Assembly (NCBI GenBank): GCA_030448025.1
Contig: JAUJNQ010000002.1
Coordinates: 636,473 to 700,472, forward strand
Length of the DNA stretch: 64,000 nt
Reading direction: 5' to 3'
Source of the DNA: Acidimicrobiales bacterium
GTDB taxonomy: Bacteria > Actinomycetota > Acidimicrobiia > Acidimicrobiales > GCA-2861595
A model generated the notes under the pieces. It saw nothing but the letters and a program-made list of their open reading frames with translations, did no database searches and was not told the origin of the DNA. The position numbers were made by a program, and so were the translations under genes. Below are positions 44,062 to 54,360 of the stretch, piece after piece. Numbering within the stretch: position 1 is the stretch's first letter; each line of letters starts with the position of its first letter.

Positions 44062-46064
44062 TCACCAGCCGGTCGGGCGTCCGCCGCACCCGGCTGTCGA
44101 TCGTGGAACCGGTGAGCCGTTGGTTCGAACACCAGTCGAAGTGGCGCAGGGTGGTCATCGTCCTCGGCGCTCTGGTCCTCGTGATGTTGGGCCCACTTGG
44201 ACTTTCGAGCTACTGGCAGAGCGTCCTGTTCTTCCCTGTCGGCGTCTTCGTTCTGCTGGCCCTCGGGCTCAACGTGGTGGTGGGCTCGGCCGGACTGCTC
44301 GACTTCGGGTACGTGGCCTTCTACGCCGTCGGCGCCTACACCACCGCCGTGCTCGGGACGACGTACGGATGGACCGCCTGGCAGGCCCTCCCCGTAGCCG
44401 TGCTCCTGGCCCTGGTGGCCGGCGTGGTGCTGGGTGCTCCCACCCTTCGCCTTCGGGGCGACTACCTGGCCATCGTCACCCTGGGCTTCGGCGAGATCGT
44501 GCGCATCGTGGCTCAGAACAGCGGCTCGCTCGGCGAGGCCCGGGGCATCACCGGCATACCTCATCCCTCGCCGATCCTCGGCACGGCGTTCAAGCTCCGG
44601 CCGCTCCCCTACTACTACCTGGTAGTCGGTGCCGTGCTGGTGGCCGTGGTGGTGACCGTCCGCCTCAACCGCTCACGGGTTGGTCGAGCCTGGTCCGCCA
44701 TCCGAGAGGACGAGGACGCGGCCGAGGCCATGGGCGTACCCACCTTCACCATGAAGCTCTGGGCCTTCGCCGTGGGGGCGTCGATGGGTGGGGTGGCAGG
44801 CTGGGTATACGCCAGCAAGGCCGGCTTCATCAGCCCGGAGAACTTTCCCTTCTTCTTCTCCGTGATCGTGCTAGCCGCCGTGGTGCTCGGCGGGATGGGC
44901 TCGCTCCCCGGCGTGATGGCGGGCGGCTTCGCCATCGCCTTCCTGCCCGAGTACCTGCGCCGAGCTGCGGCCGGTGAGACGATTACCAACTGGCTCAACA
45001 AGGTGACCGGAGGTGACGTGGGCGACGTGACCGAGTACCGGGTGCTGCTGTTCGGGGCCGCCCTCGTCGTGATGATGGTGTTCCGTCCCCAGGGGTTGCT
45101 CCCGAGCAGGCAGCGGGCGGCGGAGCTGACTCAGGTCGACCCCGACCCCCTGCCCGTCCAGGACACCGCCCCCGCCCGGGCGCCAACTCCTGAAGGACCC
45201 GAGCGGGTCAAGTCGGCGTCGTCGGCCGGCTCGCCGGACACCAGCGAGGAGGGGGACGCGGTCGGCGCCCTGGTCCGCCACGGGTCCGACGCCAGTACGG
45301 CGCTGGAGCTCGACCAGATCGGCGTGGAGTTCGGCGGCGTGGTGGCCCTCGATGCTGTCTCGCTGACGGTGCGAGCGGGCCAGATCTTCGGCGTCATCGG
45401 CCCCAACGGCGCGGGCAAGACGACGTTGTTCAACTGCGTGACCGGGATGGTGAGACCCACTGGAGGCACGATCCGCGCCGGCGACCGGGACATCACCGCC
45501 AAGAAGGCTCATCAGATCACCCGCTCCGGAGTGGCCCGCACGTTCCAGAACATCCGCCTGTTCCCCGACCTCTCGGCTCTCGACAACGTGCGGGTGGGGG
45601 CCGATGCCCGCCATCGCACGAGCGTGCCCGGCGCCCTCCTGGGTGTCCCCAGACATAGGCGCGAAGAGCGCACTGGCCGGACGGAGTCCGAGCGGCTCCT
45701 CGAGTACGTGGAGATCTCGTCCAGGGCCGGTGACCTGGCCAAGAACCTGGCCTACGGCGATCAGCGCCGCCTGGAGATCGCGCGCAGCCTGGCCACGGGG
45801 CCCACTGTCCTCCTGCTCGACGAGCCGGCAGCGGGAATGAACCCGTCCGAGAAGCGGGCCCTCGTGGACCTGATCCGAAGGATCCGGGACTCAGGTGTGA
45901 CGGTGGTCCTCATCGAGCATGACATGGGGCTGGTCATGAGCGCCTGCGATCGGGTCGCGGTACTGGACTTCGGCAGGTTGATCGCCGAGGGTTCGCCCGC
46001 CGAGGTCCAGGATGACCCCAGGGTCGTGGAGGCCTACCTGGGAGTGCCGACCGATGTTGCTTGA
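44058..46064 (+). CDS. fused LivM-type permease / LivG-type ATPase
   Basis: ATG 44058 overlaps the livH stop. The permease part contains GLLDFGYVAFYAVGAY. A Pro/Ser-rich linker follows. The ABC part has GPNGAGKTT, LAYGDQRRLEIA and LLLDEPAAG, with no intervening stop. Confidence 0.85.
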   Translation: MITSRSGVRRTRLSIVEPVSRWFEHQSKWRRVVIVLGALVLVMLGPLGLSSYWQSVLFFPVGVFVLLALGLNVVVGSAGLLDFGYVAFYAVGAYTTAVLGTTYGWTAWQALPVAVLLALVAGVVLGAPTLRLRGDYLAIVTLGFGEIVRIVAQNSGSLGEARGITGIPHPSPILGTAFKLRPLPYYYLVVGAVLVAVVVTVRLNRSRVGRAWSAIREDEDAAEAMGVPTFTMKLWAFAVGASMGGVAGWVYASKAGFISPENFPFFFSVIVLAAVVLGGMGSLPGVMAGGFAIAFLPEYLRRAAAGETITNWLNKVTGGDVGDVTEYRVLLFGAALVVMMVFRPQGLLPSRQRAAELTQVDPDPLPVQDTAPARAPTPEGPERVKSASSAGSPDTSEEGDAVGALVRHGSDASTALELDQIGVEFGGVVALDAVSLTVRAGQIFGVIGPNGAGKTTLFNCVTGMVRPTGGTIRAGDRDITAKKAHQITRSGVARTFQNIRLFPDLSALDNVRVGADARHRTSVPGALLGVPRHRREERTGRTESERLLEYVEISSRAGDLAKNLAYGDQRRLEIARSLATGPTVLLLDEPAAGMNPSEKRALVDLIRRIRDSGVTVVLIEHDMGLVMSACDRVAVLDFGRLIAEGSPAEVQDDPRVVEAYLGVPTDVA

Positions 46065-46815
46065 GCTCGAGGACGTAAAGGTCCACTACGGCAAGGTGGA
46101 GGCGCTCAAGAGCATGTCCCTCCACGTGGACGAGGGTGAGATCGTCACCCTCGTCGGGAGCAACGGAGCCGGGAAGACCACGACGCTCAAGACCATCTCG
46201 GGGCTGCGCCCGGTGACCTCCGGCTCCGTGCGCTTCGACGGCCGAGCCATCTCCGGGCTCGCCCCCCACCAGATCGTCCGCCTCGGGCTCTGTCAGTCAC
46301 CCGAGGGCCGTGGCGTGTTCCCGGGGATGACGGTGATGGAGAACCTGGAGATGGGAGCCTACGCCCGGGCCGGGCGCAGCCGGCCGGACCTCGGGCCGGA
46401 CCTGGAGCGGGTCTTCGCCCTGTTTCCCCTTCTCGCCGAGCGCCGGAGCCAGCCTGGCGGAACCCTGTCCGGCGGAGAGCAACAGATGCTGGCCATCGGC
46501 CGAGCGTTGATGGCCCGGCCCAGGATGGTGCTCCTGGACGAGCCGTCCATGGGCCTGGCGCCCATGCTGGTGGCCCAGATCTTCGAGATCCTGGCCGAGA
46601 TCAACCGCCAGGGGACCACGCTGTTGTTGGTGGAGCAGAATGCGGCGCAGGCACTCCGGCTGGCCCACCGGGCCTATGTGCTGGAGACCGGCCGGGTGGT
46701 GAGATCAGCCGCGGCGGCAACCTTGCTGGACGATGAGTCGGTGAAGTCGGCGTATCTCGGCGGCGACGCCACAGCGGGGGCCGAAGCTGACGGCGCCCCG
46801 GGCCCTCCCGTTTAG
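46054..46815 (+). CDS. livF: branched-chain amino acid ABC transporter ATP-binding protein (LivF-type)
   Basis: ATG 46054 gives an 11-nt overlap. GSNGAGKTTT, LSGGEQQMLAIGRAL and VLLDEPSMGLAP are present. Confidence 0.92.
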   Translation: MLLELEDVKVHYGKVEALKSMSLHVDEGEIVTLVGSNGAGKTTTLKTISGLRPVTSGSVRFDGRAISGLAPHQIVRLGLCQSPEGRGVFPGMTVMENLEMGAYARAGRSRPDLGPDLERVFALFPLLAERRSQPGGTLSGGEQQMLAIGRALMARPRMVLLDEPSMGLAPMLVAQIFEILAEINRQGTTLLLVEQNAAQALRLAHRAYVLETGRVVRSAAAATLLDDESVKSAYLGGDATAGAEADGAPGPPV

Positions 46816-46898
46816 CTAAGACCGCCTCGGGCAGAACCCCCGCTACGAGCCAATGGCACGATGCGTCAGTTGACCGTGCCGGCAGGACGGGAGCGGGC

Positions 46899-47237
46899 CT
46901 ATCGGCTCAAGGCAATCAGAGCGCCGGGTGTTATCCGACGATTGTCGCTGAATGGGATCAGAGACTCCGGCATCCCGAAAAGGTCATAGAAGCGAGCGAG
47001 GAGTTCGAAGGCATCCGCTTCGGCATCACCGGACGAAGCGATCGCCCGCTCCCACTCATCACTCGACGCCAGGTTGTACTCGGTATCGAATTGCGCGTCG
47101 CGTGGTCCGAGAGCGAGTCGCCAGGGCCGAGACTGCGCACCTCGAACGAGCAGCGCAAGCCGCCAGTCGCCCGGCACCGCTGGGAGGAGAAGATCGGCAT
47201 GGAACCGACAGAACTCATATGTGAACTCAACAAGCAC
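46899..47237 (-). CDS. hypothetical protein, possibly the frameshifted C-terminal continuation of the upstream gene
   Basis: GTG 47237. The frame is open upstream to 47363 and overlaps the end of the 47285..48208 frame. The sequence reads ...WRLALLVRG...EWERAIASSGDAEADAFELLARFYDLFGMPESLIPF. Confidence 0.45.
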   Translation of the reverse strand: MLVEFTYEFCRFHADLLLPAVPGDWRLALLVRGAQSRPWRLALGPRDAQFDTEYNLASSDEWERAIASSGDAEADAFELLARFYDLFGMPESLIPFSDNRRITPGALIALSR

Positions 47238-47284
47238 GGTCGTGTTGATCCGAAGCGCACGCGGTTCGCCTCTCGGGCGCGGAC

Positions 47285-48543
47285 CTACGCGCCCGAGGAA
47301 GTCTTCGTCTGCCTCGCGGCGACAAGGAAGAAACCGTTGGGCTCGAGTCGACGGAATCGAAAGTCAGCGTCAGCTGCGACAAGCGACCCGTTCTCAACGC
47401 GCGGCTCCTGGCGCCATCCGATGCCGAAACCCGCGTCTCTGAGTTCGGGGGGTCGCGCAAAGGAGTCGAAGAGCGCACCGCCGTACAGACTCGGAATGCG
47501 GTCCGGGGGATCAGCTACGGCCGCTGCGAGCGTGTAGATGGCGGCATCCGACCAATCCATGTACTGCTCGACGTCGTCGACGCGATGGACGAGCCGAGGA
47601 GCCAACGGTTCCGTCCGAGCGGGCGTAGCGGGCTTGCCTGCTTCGGGTGCTGCGCCGCTTCGTCGCCACCGTCGCGCGTCGGCGAGATCTCTATGCACTT
47701 GGCCAACCGGTACCCACCGAGTATGTCTCCCGTCCCGAGTTGGCACAGCGAAGGCTTCCACGAGTCCTCCTTCAGCGTCGACCACTCGCTTCAGGAGGAA
47801 CGGCCGGTCGTCCTCTGGCTGCGGGGGCACAACGATAAGAGCTAGGCAACCGTTGTCACGCCTGAGCTGGCGGATCTTCAGCCGCCGGATGGGCGGATAC
47901 GCGAACGAGTCCACCGTGTCGCGATACTTCTGATCGTCGACGAGATCGCACGGAAACGGCTTGATTTCGTTAGCGACCTCCTCGAAGTCATCGGGGTCCT
48001 TCTTCGTCGCGACGCCGAGGACGATGCAGCCCCCGGCCAGATTCGAGGCCATGTTCGAACGGAGCAGTCGAGCGAGCTCGGTGCGGAGGTTCGTGTTTGA
48101 GTAGCCGCCGTCGCGCAAGCGTTCGGACTCCAGTACCAGGATTGGGAAGGCGAATCGCTTTCGGTCCTTGACGTACTCATAGGCTCGATCGGCGTCGGAT
48201 GCGACCAAGATGGCAATGTCCTTGTCCGCGCTCGAACTTGCGCGGAGCTCAGTCGACGTGTCCAGATGTCGCAGGGCTCGCGGTCCAACCTGTGTGCTCC
48301 ACCGAAGGCTGTAATCAGCACCGGGATCTCGAGGGACACATCGAACTGGCCTGAGATGGCACGCGAAGGCGCGACCCGTAAGGCAGCGAGACTGCGGCTC
48401 CAGGGCCTCGCGTAGCAGATCGTCGATTCGTCGCGCTCCAGAAAGTCGAGCAGTTGCGGCCCGAAGTCAATGAACTGATCGCGAATCCTCTGCTTGGAGT
48501 CGGCGAGGACTTGCTGATTGAGAGTTACTGGGTCTGAATCCAC
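47285..48543 (-). pseudogene. AlbA_2/Schlafen-like domain protein split over two reading frames
   Basis: The N-terminal part (frame of 47878..48543) looks protein-like only up to about ...VLITAFGGAHRLD. The continuation lies in the frame of 47285..48208, which is open from 48466: DKDIAILVASDADRAYEYV...LESERL...NMASNLAGGCIVLGVATKKD...CLALIVVPPQPEDDRPFLLKR. Confidence 0.6.
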
Positions 48544-48817
48544 GTTTCCACGGCTGTCGAAAGATGCTGGCGTTCCGGCCGACTACGACGCGATTGGGCC
48601 CGCCACTAGTACGTCCGCTGGAAGAATTGTGCTCTAGCGGCCCAGCCTACGTGACTCGCGCCGGGTGAGCTCTTCCGTACCGCAGCCGGCTCCTCGTCCA
48701 CCACCACCACGTGCCGCTCGCCGAGAACCGGCTCGATGGCGGTGTCCAGGCGGGCCAGGAGGCTAGCCACGGTTTGGACGCGATGCCGGTGCGCTGCCCC
48801 TTAGTATTCGCGGCGCA

Positions 48818-49966
48818 GTGGACCTCTTCGAATACCAGGGAAAGTGTTACTTCGCCCGCTTCGGCGTCCCTGTCTCCACCGGCGGCGTGGCCGAGACGGT
48901 GGAGGAGGCGGTGGCCAGGGCCGAAGAGGCCGGCTATCCCGTCGTGGTCAAGGCCCAGGTACAGGTGGGGGGTCGGGGTAAGGCCGGGGGCATCCAGATC
49001 GCGGCCGACGCCGCCGAGGTCCGACGACACGCCGAAGCCATCCTCGGCATGGACATCCGGGGCCACGTGGTCGGGCGGCTGTTGGTGGAGCAGGCGACCG
49101 ACATCGCCGCCGAGTACTACGCCTCGTTCACCCTCGACCGGTCGGCCAAGCTCGACCTAGGCCTGCTGTCGTCGGAGGGCGGGGTGGACATCGAGGAGGT
49201 CGCCGCCCACAGGCCGGAGGCCATCGCCCGGGTGCACGTGGATCCCGTCGACGGCCTGAGCGAGGAGGTGTGCCGGGAGTGGGTGGAGCGCGCCGGCCTC
49301 GGCGGCGACGCAGCTCCCGGCGCGGTGCAGCTCCTGCGCGCGCTGTACCGCTGCTACACCGATGGTGACGCCGATTTGGTGGAGGTCAATCCCCTCGTGC
49401 TCACGACGGACGCCACGCTGCTCGCCCTCGACGCCAAGGTCACCCTCGACGACAGCGCCGCCTTCCGCCACCCCGAATGGGCCGAGCTCGAGAGCACCCA
49501 GGTGCTCGACGTCCGCGAGCAGCTGGCTCGAGAGCGCGGTCTGCAGTACGTCGGCCTCGACGGCAGCATCGGCATCATCGCCAACGGGGCGGGGTTGGCC
49601 ATGAGCACCCTCGACGTCGTGCACCAGGTGGGTGGTACGCCGGCCAACTTCCTCGACGTGGGTGGAGGCGCCAAGGCGGAGGTGATGGCCAGCGCCCTCG
49701 AGGTGATCAACACCGACCCCAAGGTCCGGTGCATCTTCATCAACATCTTCGGAGGGATCACCAAGGGCGAGGAGGTGGCCAAGGGCGTGGTTGAGGCTCT
49801 GGGCCGGGTGAAGCTGAGCTCGCCCATCGTGGTCCGACTCGACGGGACCAACGCCGAGCAGGGGCGGGCGATCCTGGCCGAGCACGAGTCGGAGCGCCTG
49901 GTCAGCCAGCCCACCATGCTCGACGCCGCCCGCAAGGCAGTGGAGCTGGCATTGGAGCGCGGGTGA
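48818..49966 (+). CDS. sucC: succinate--CoA ligase beta subunit
   Basis: GTG start opens DLFEYQGKCYFARFGVP...VVKAQVQVGGRGKAGGI. Confidence 0.96.
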   Translation: MDLFEYQGKCYFARFGVPVSTGGVAETVEEAVARAEEAGYPVVVKAQVQVGGRGKAGGIQIAADAAEVRRHAEAILGMDIRGHVVGRLLVEQATDIAAEYYASFTLDRSAKLDLGLLSSEGGVDIEEVAAHRPEAIARVHVDPVDGLSEEVCREWVERAGLGGDAAPGAVQLLRALYRCYTDGDADLVEVNPLVLTTDATLLALDAKVTLDDSAAFRHPEWAELESTQVLDVREQLARERGLQYVGLDGSIGIIANGAGLAMSTLDVVHQVGGTPANFLDVGGGAKAEVMASALEVINTDPKVRCIFINIFGGITKGEEVAKGVVEALGRVKLSSPIVVRLDGTNAEQGRAILAEHESERLVSQPTMLDAARKAVELALERG

Positions 49967-50847
49967 GCATCTTCGTCGACGCCGGCACGCGGGTGGTGGT
50001 GCAGGGGCTCACGGGCAGCCAGGGCCGCTTCTACGGTTTGCGCAACCGCGCCTACGGGACGCAGGTGGTGGCGGGGACCAACCCGAGGAAAGCGGGAACC
50101 GACGTGGAGGGCATACCGGTGTTCGCCACCGTCGGCGATGCCCGCCAGGCAACGGGCGCCAGCGCCTCGTGCATCTTCGTTCCTGCCCCTGCCGTCCCTG
50201 ATGCCGTCCTCGAGGCGGCCGGGGCGGGCATGGAGCTGGTGGTGGTGATCACCGAGGGCGTGCCCGCCCACGACCAGGCCCTCTTCTACAACCAGCTCAG
50301 ACGCAACCACCCCGGGACCCGGCTGCTCGGTCCCAACTGCCCGGGCATCATCACCCCCGGCGAGTGCAACATCGGCATCACGGCCGGTGAGATCGCCAAG
50401 GGAGGCGGGCCGGTGGGGATCGTGAGCCGCTCCGGCACGCTCACCTACCAGGCCCTGTACGAGCTGAAGCAGAAGGACATCGGCGTCACCACCTGCGTCG
50501 GCATCGGCGGTGACCCCGTCCCCGGTACCAGCTTCGTCGACTGCCTGCGCGCCTTCGAGGCCGACCCCGACACCAGGGCGGTGATGATCCTCGGTGAGAT
50601 CGGGGGGACGGCCGAGGAAGAGGCAGCCGACTTCCTGGCAGGCGCGATGACCAAGCCCGTGGTGGCCTACGTGGCGGGCGTCATGGCGCCGGCGGGCAGG
50701 AAGATGGGCCACGCCGGTGCCATCGTGTCGGGCACCAAGGGCACCGCCAAGGCCAAGATGACGGCCCTGCGAGATGGAGGCGCCGAGGTGGCGCTGAACC
50801 CGACCGAGGCCGGCGAGCTCATGGCCCGGGTCATCGCCGACGTTTGA
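49963..50847 (+). CDS. sucD: succinate--CoA ligase alpha subunit
   Basis: VVVQGLTGSQGRF...SRSGTLTY...GHAGAIVSG. There is a 4-nt overlap with sucC. Confidence 0.96.
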   Translation: MSIFVDAGTRVVVQGLTGSQGRFYGLRNRAYGTQVVAGTNPRKAGTDVEGIPVFATVGDARQATGASASCIFVPAPAVPDAVLEAAGAGMELVVVITEGVPAHDQALFYNQLRRNHPGTRLLGPNCPGIITPGECNIGITAGEIAKGGGPVGIVSRSGTLTYQALYELKQKDIGVTTCVGIGGDPVPGTSFVDCLRAFEADPDTRAVMILGEIGGTAEEEAADFLAGAMTKPVVAYVAGVMAPAGRKMGHAGAIVSGTKGTAKAKMTALRDGGAEVALNPTEAGELMARVIADV

Positions 50848-50876
50848 TCACTCGAACGGGTCCTACGAGCGTCGCC

Positions 50877-51896
50877 GTGTTCAAACTGCGGGGAGCCGGC
50901 GCCCTCCTCCTTGCCTCGATGATGGCGATCGGTGGGTGCAGTGACAGCGGCTCCAGTGCCGGACCGCCGACCAGCGCCGACGTCACCACGACCACCACCA
51001 CGACCACGACGACCTCCACGACCACGGGCGAGCCCACCGCCCCCGAGCCGGGGTCAGCCCCTGCGCCTCCTGAAGCGCCGGGCGGTGAGGCCCGAGCCGT
51101 GGTGTCGACCAGGGGGGTGGTGCTCCCCGTCAAAGCCAGGGAAGGAGCCGGCTACCGGGTCGAGACCCCCTGCGCCAACTCCGTCGTGGTGCGCGGAGGC
51201 ACGCCGATCGCTGGCGTCCCCGTCGTGCTCGACGTCGGTCACGGGGGGGAGGAGCTCGGCGCCGTGAGCCCCAACGGGCTCAGCGAGAAGGGCGTGAACC
51301 TGGCCGTTGCCCGCGCCGCCAAGGCCGCCCTGGAACGCCAGGGAACGCCCGCCGTGCTCACCCGCACCGGCGACTACCGCATGACGCTCGGCACCCGAGC
51401 GGAGTTGGCCCGTGTCCTGCGGCCGCGTGCCTTCGTGTCCATCCACCACAACGCCGTGCCCGACGGGCCCCGGGAGGGCCCCGGGACCGAGACCTACTAC
51501 CAGATCCAGTCAGCCAGCTCCAAGCGTCTGGCGGGGCTGATCTACGAGGAGGTGGTGAAGGCGCTTTCCGCCTACAGGGTGGCCTGGGTCGCCGATCGGG
51601 ACGCCGGCGCCAAGTACCGCACGAACAGCCGAGGCGGCGACTACTACGCCATCCTGCGCCAGGCCGGCCCGGTAACCGCCGTGCTGGCCGAGCTGGCCTT
51701 CATCTCCAACCCTCCGGAGGCCGAGCTGCTGGCCCGCCCGGACGTCCAACAGGTCGAAGGCGAAGCGGTGGCTCGGGGGATCCTCCGCTTCCTCAACTCC
51801 GACGCCCCTGGCTCGGGGTACGTGACGCCGTACCCTCGCAACGAGCCCGCCGGGCCGGGAGGCGGCGGCTCGGGTTGCGTCGACCCCCCGCTGTAG
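50877..51896 (+). CDS. N-acetylmuramoyl-L-alanine amidase (Amidase_3) lipoprotein
   Basis: GTG 50877 gives VFKLRGAGALLLASMMAIGGC. There is a poly-Thr linker. VVLDVGHGGEELGA...SIHHNA...LAELAFISN is present. The track start TTG 50844 is also possible. Confidence 0.88.
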   Translation: MFKLRGAGALLLASMMAIGGCSDSGSSAGPPTSADVTTTTTTTTTTSTTTGEPTAPEPGSAPAPPEAPGGEARAVVSTRGVVLPVKAREGAGYRVETPCANSVVVRGGTPIAGVPVVLDVGHGGEELGAVSPNGLSEKGVNLAVARAAKAALERQGTPAVLTRTGDYRMTLGTRAELARVLRPRAFVSIHHNAVPDGPREGPGTETYYQIQSASSKRLAGLIYEEVVKALSAYRVAWVADRDAGAKYRTNSRGGDYYAILRQAGPVTAVLAELAFISNPPEAELLARPDVQQVEGEAVARGILRFLNSDAPGSGYVTPYPRNEPAGPGGGGSGCVDPPL

Positions 51897-51897
51897 G

Positions 51898-52284
51898 TTG
51901 GGTTGGGTGAGGCGGGCCGGGCCACTGGCGCTGGCCCTCGCGCTGACGACGGCGCTGGCGACGACGGCGAGCTCCGCGTGTGGTAGCCGGCGGACTGCTG
52001 AGGAAGAGGCTGCGGTTCGAGCCCAGGACGCCTGCATCGCCGCCCTCGATCCGGTCTCGAAGGACCAGCGACCCTCGACCGACGCCCTTGTGTCCGCGGC
52101 TCGCGACGCCGAGGCTGCGGCCAAGGTGGACGAGCGATGGTCGGCGCTGCGAGCCAGGGTGCTCGACTTCGGCGACCGCACCGACGCCCGCGAGTCACTC
52201 GACGCCCTCGTCGAGGAGTGCGCGCGGGTCAACCGGATCGTGAAGGAGGAGCGGGACAGCGTGCGGCCCGGTGCCAGTGGCTAG
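51898..52284 (+). CDS. hypothetical lipoprotein
   Basis: The signal and lipobox read LALALALTTALATTASSAC. I did not recognise a family. Confidence 0.6.
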   Translation: MGWVRRAGPLALALALTTALATTASSACGSRRTAEEEAAVRAQDACIAALDPVSKDQRPSTDALVSAARDAEAAAKVDERWSALRARVLDFGDRTDARESLDALVEECARVNRIVKEERDSVRPGASG

Positions 52285-52293
52285 CGTTCGAGC

Positions 52294-52845
52294 GTGAGCA
52301 TCGGCGTGCTGGCCTCGGGGAGCGGCACCATCCTGGCCGCCATCGTGGAGTCCGGCATCGACGTGGGGATCGTCGTGGTGGACCGCACCTGCATGGCCAT
52401 CGAGGTGGCCGCCGGCGCCGGCATCGCCACTGAAGTGGTGGAGCGGGACAGCTTCGGCGCCGACTTCGACCGGGTGGAGTACACCCACCGCGTGATCGAC
52501 GCGCTGGCGCCCCATGACGTGGACCTGGTGGCCATGGCCGGCTTCGGCACGGTGCTGGAGAAGCCCATCTTCGACTGCTTCGCCGGACGCATCGTCAACA
52601 CCCACCCCGCCCTGCTCCCGGCCTTCAGCGGGTGGCACGCGGTGGAGGACGCGCTGGCCGCGGGCGTGAAGGTCACGGGGTGCACGGTGCACGTGGCCAC
52701 GCTTGAGGTCGACGCCGGCCCCATCCTGGCCCAGGAGGTGGTGCCCGTCCTCCTCGGCGACACCGTCACCACGCTCCACGAGCGCATCAAGGAGGTCGAG
52801 CGGCGACTCTACCCGGCCACGATCAAGGAGGTGCTGGCCCGGTGA
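52294..52845 (+). CDS. purN: phosphoribosylglycinamide formyltransferase
   Basis: IGVLASGSGTIL...NTHPALLPAF. Confidence 0.93.
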   Translation: MSIGVLASGSGTILAAIVESGIDVGIVVVDRTCMAIEVAAGAGIATEVVERDSFGADFDRVEYTHRVIDALAPHDVDLVAMAGFGTVLEKPIFDCFAGRIVNTHPALLPAFSGWHAVEDALAAGVKVTGCTVHVATLEVDAGPILAQEVVPVLLGDTVTTLHERIKEVERRLYPATIKEVLAR

Positions 52846-54347
52846 GAGCCCTTGTCTCGGTGTACGACAAGACCGGTCTGCCTGCCTTGGCCCAGGGGCT
52901 GGTCGGCCTCGGCTGGGAGCTGCTGTCGAGCGGAGGCACGGCCAGGGCGCTGGCCGCCGAAGGCATTGCCCACACTTCGGTGGAGGCCATGACCGGCGCG
53001 CCGGAGATGCTGGGCGGTCGGGTCAAGACGCTGCACCCCAAGGTGCACGGCGGCATCCTCGCCGACCGCTACCAACCCGAGCACATGGCCGACCTCGAGA
53101 CTCACGGCATCGACACCATCGACCTTGTGGTGTGCAACCTCTACCCCTTCGCCTCCGAGCCCTCGGTGGAGATGATCGACATCGGGGGCCCCACCATGGT
53201 GAGGGCCGCAGCCAAGAACCACGCCCACGTCGGTGTGGTCGTCGATCCCGGCGACTACGCGCCCGTGCTCGCTGAGCTGCGCCGCGACGGGGTCCTGTCC
53301 GAAGAGACTCGCCTCCGCCTGGCCCGAGCTGCCTTCGCCCACACTGCCGCCTACGACGCTGCGGTCGTCTCCTGGTTCGACGACGTCGACGGAGAACTGC
53401 TTCCGGCCACGCTTCACTTCGCCCTCGAGCGGTCGGACCAGGCGCTGCGCTACGGCGAGAACCCCCACCAGGACGCCGCCCGGTACCGGGCCGTGGGGCG
53501 GGGAAGCTGGTGGGACGACGTCAACCAGCTCGCTGGGCTGGCCCTCTCCTACCTCAACATCTACGACACCGAAGCTGCCTGGCGACTGGTCCACGGCCTC
53601 GGTGACCAACCGGCGTGCGCCATCGTCAAGCACGCCAATCCGTGCGGGGTGGCGGTTGCCGGCGATCCCGTCACCGCCTACCGCCTGGCCCTCGAATGCG
53701 ACGACAAGTCAGCCTTCGGCGGGATCGTGGCGCTCAACCGTCCCCTCACCGCCTCGGTGGCCGGCGAGATGGTGGGCGCCCCCCAGGCCGACGTGATCGT
53801 GGCGCCCGGCTACGACGATGAGGCCGTCGAGCGCCTGGTAGCCAAGCGCAAGGCCACCCGCATCCTGCAGGCGCCTCTTCCCGAGCACGAGCGTCTCCAC
53901 GTCCGCCAGATCGGAGGAGGCTTCCTGGTGCAGGATCCGCACCACTTCGCCGCCGGCCGCAGCGACTGGCAGGTGGTCACCAAGGTCGCCCCCACCGAGA
54001 AGCAGTGGGTCGACACCGAGCTGGCTTGGCGGGTGGGCGGCCACGTGCGCTCGAACTCCATCGTCCTCGTGCGGGGAGGCCAGGCCGTCGGCATCGGTGC
54101 CGGCCAGCAGAGCCGGGTCGACGCCGCCGAGCTGGCGGCCAAGAAGGCCGCTGGGCGCGCTCGGGGGGGCGCCTGCGCCAGCGACGCCTTCTACCCCTTC
54201 AGGGACGGCGTGGACGCAGCGGTAGCCGCCGGCGCGGTGGTGGTGATCCAGCCCGGCGGCGCCCTACGCGACGACGAGCTCATAGCCGCTGCCGACGAGC
54301 ACGGCATGGCCATGGTGTTCACCGGCGAACGCCACTTCCTCCATTGA
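52842..54347 (+). CDS. purH: bifunctional AICAR transformylase / IMP cyclohydrolase
   Basis: [11 protein letters not shown]...[15 protein letters not shown]...VKHANPCG...[11 protein letters not shown]...GERHFLH. Confidence 0.96.
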   Translation: MRALVSVYDKTGLPALAQGLVGLGWELLSSGGTARALAAEGIAHTSVEAMTGAPEMLGGRVKTLHPKVHGGILADRYQPEHMADLETHGIDTIDLVVCNLYPFASEPSVEMIDIGGPTMVRAAAKNHAHVGVVVDPGDYAPVLAELRRDGVLSEETRLRLARAAFAHTAAYDAAVVSWFDDVDGELLPATLHFALERSDQALRYGENPHQDAARYRAVGRGSWWDDVNQLAGLALSYLNIYDTEAAWRLVHGLGDQPACAIVKHANPCGVAVAGDPVTAYRLALECDDKSAFGGIVALNRPLTASVAGEMVGAPQADVIVAPGYDDEAVERLVAKRKATRILQAPLPEHERLHVRQIGGGFLVQDPHHFAAGRSDWQVVTKVAPTEKQWVDTELAWRVGGHVRSNSIVLVRGGQAVGIGAGQQSRVDAAELAAKKAAGRARGGACASDAFYPFRDGVDAAVAAGAVVVIQPGGALRDDELIAAADEHGMAMVFTGERHFLH

Positions 54348-54360
54348 CGGCCCAGCTCTC

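Noticed and set aside
46816-46898. I searched the borders of the low-GC insertion (46816-46898 and 48544-48817) for a tRNA/tmRNA gene, an integrase or att-type direct repeats.
   Set aside because: There is no T-loop-like GGTTCGAATCC, no cloverleaf and no recombinase ORF. The only structure is an imperfect hairpin (gggcccgccactag...ctagcggccc, about 48597-48641). The mechanism of insertion is therefore unknown.
48647-49066. A 139-aa minus-strand ORF spans the sucC start. A 54-codon minus-strand frame also lies at about 48600-48790 (VASLLARLDTAIEPVLGERHVVVVDEE...).
   Set aside because: The first is antisense to sucC and low-complexity. The second is short and has no recognisable motif or start context. 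I could not tell it apart from chance in the 270-nt sucC upstream region.
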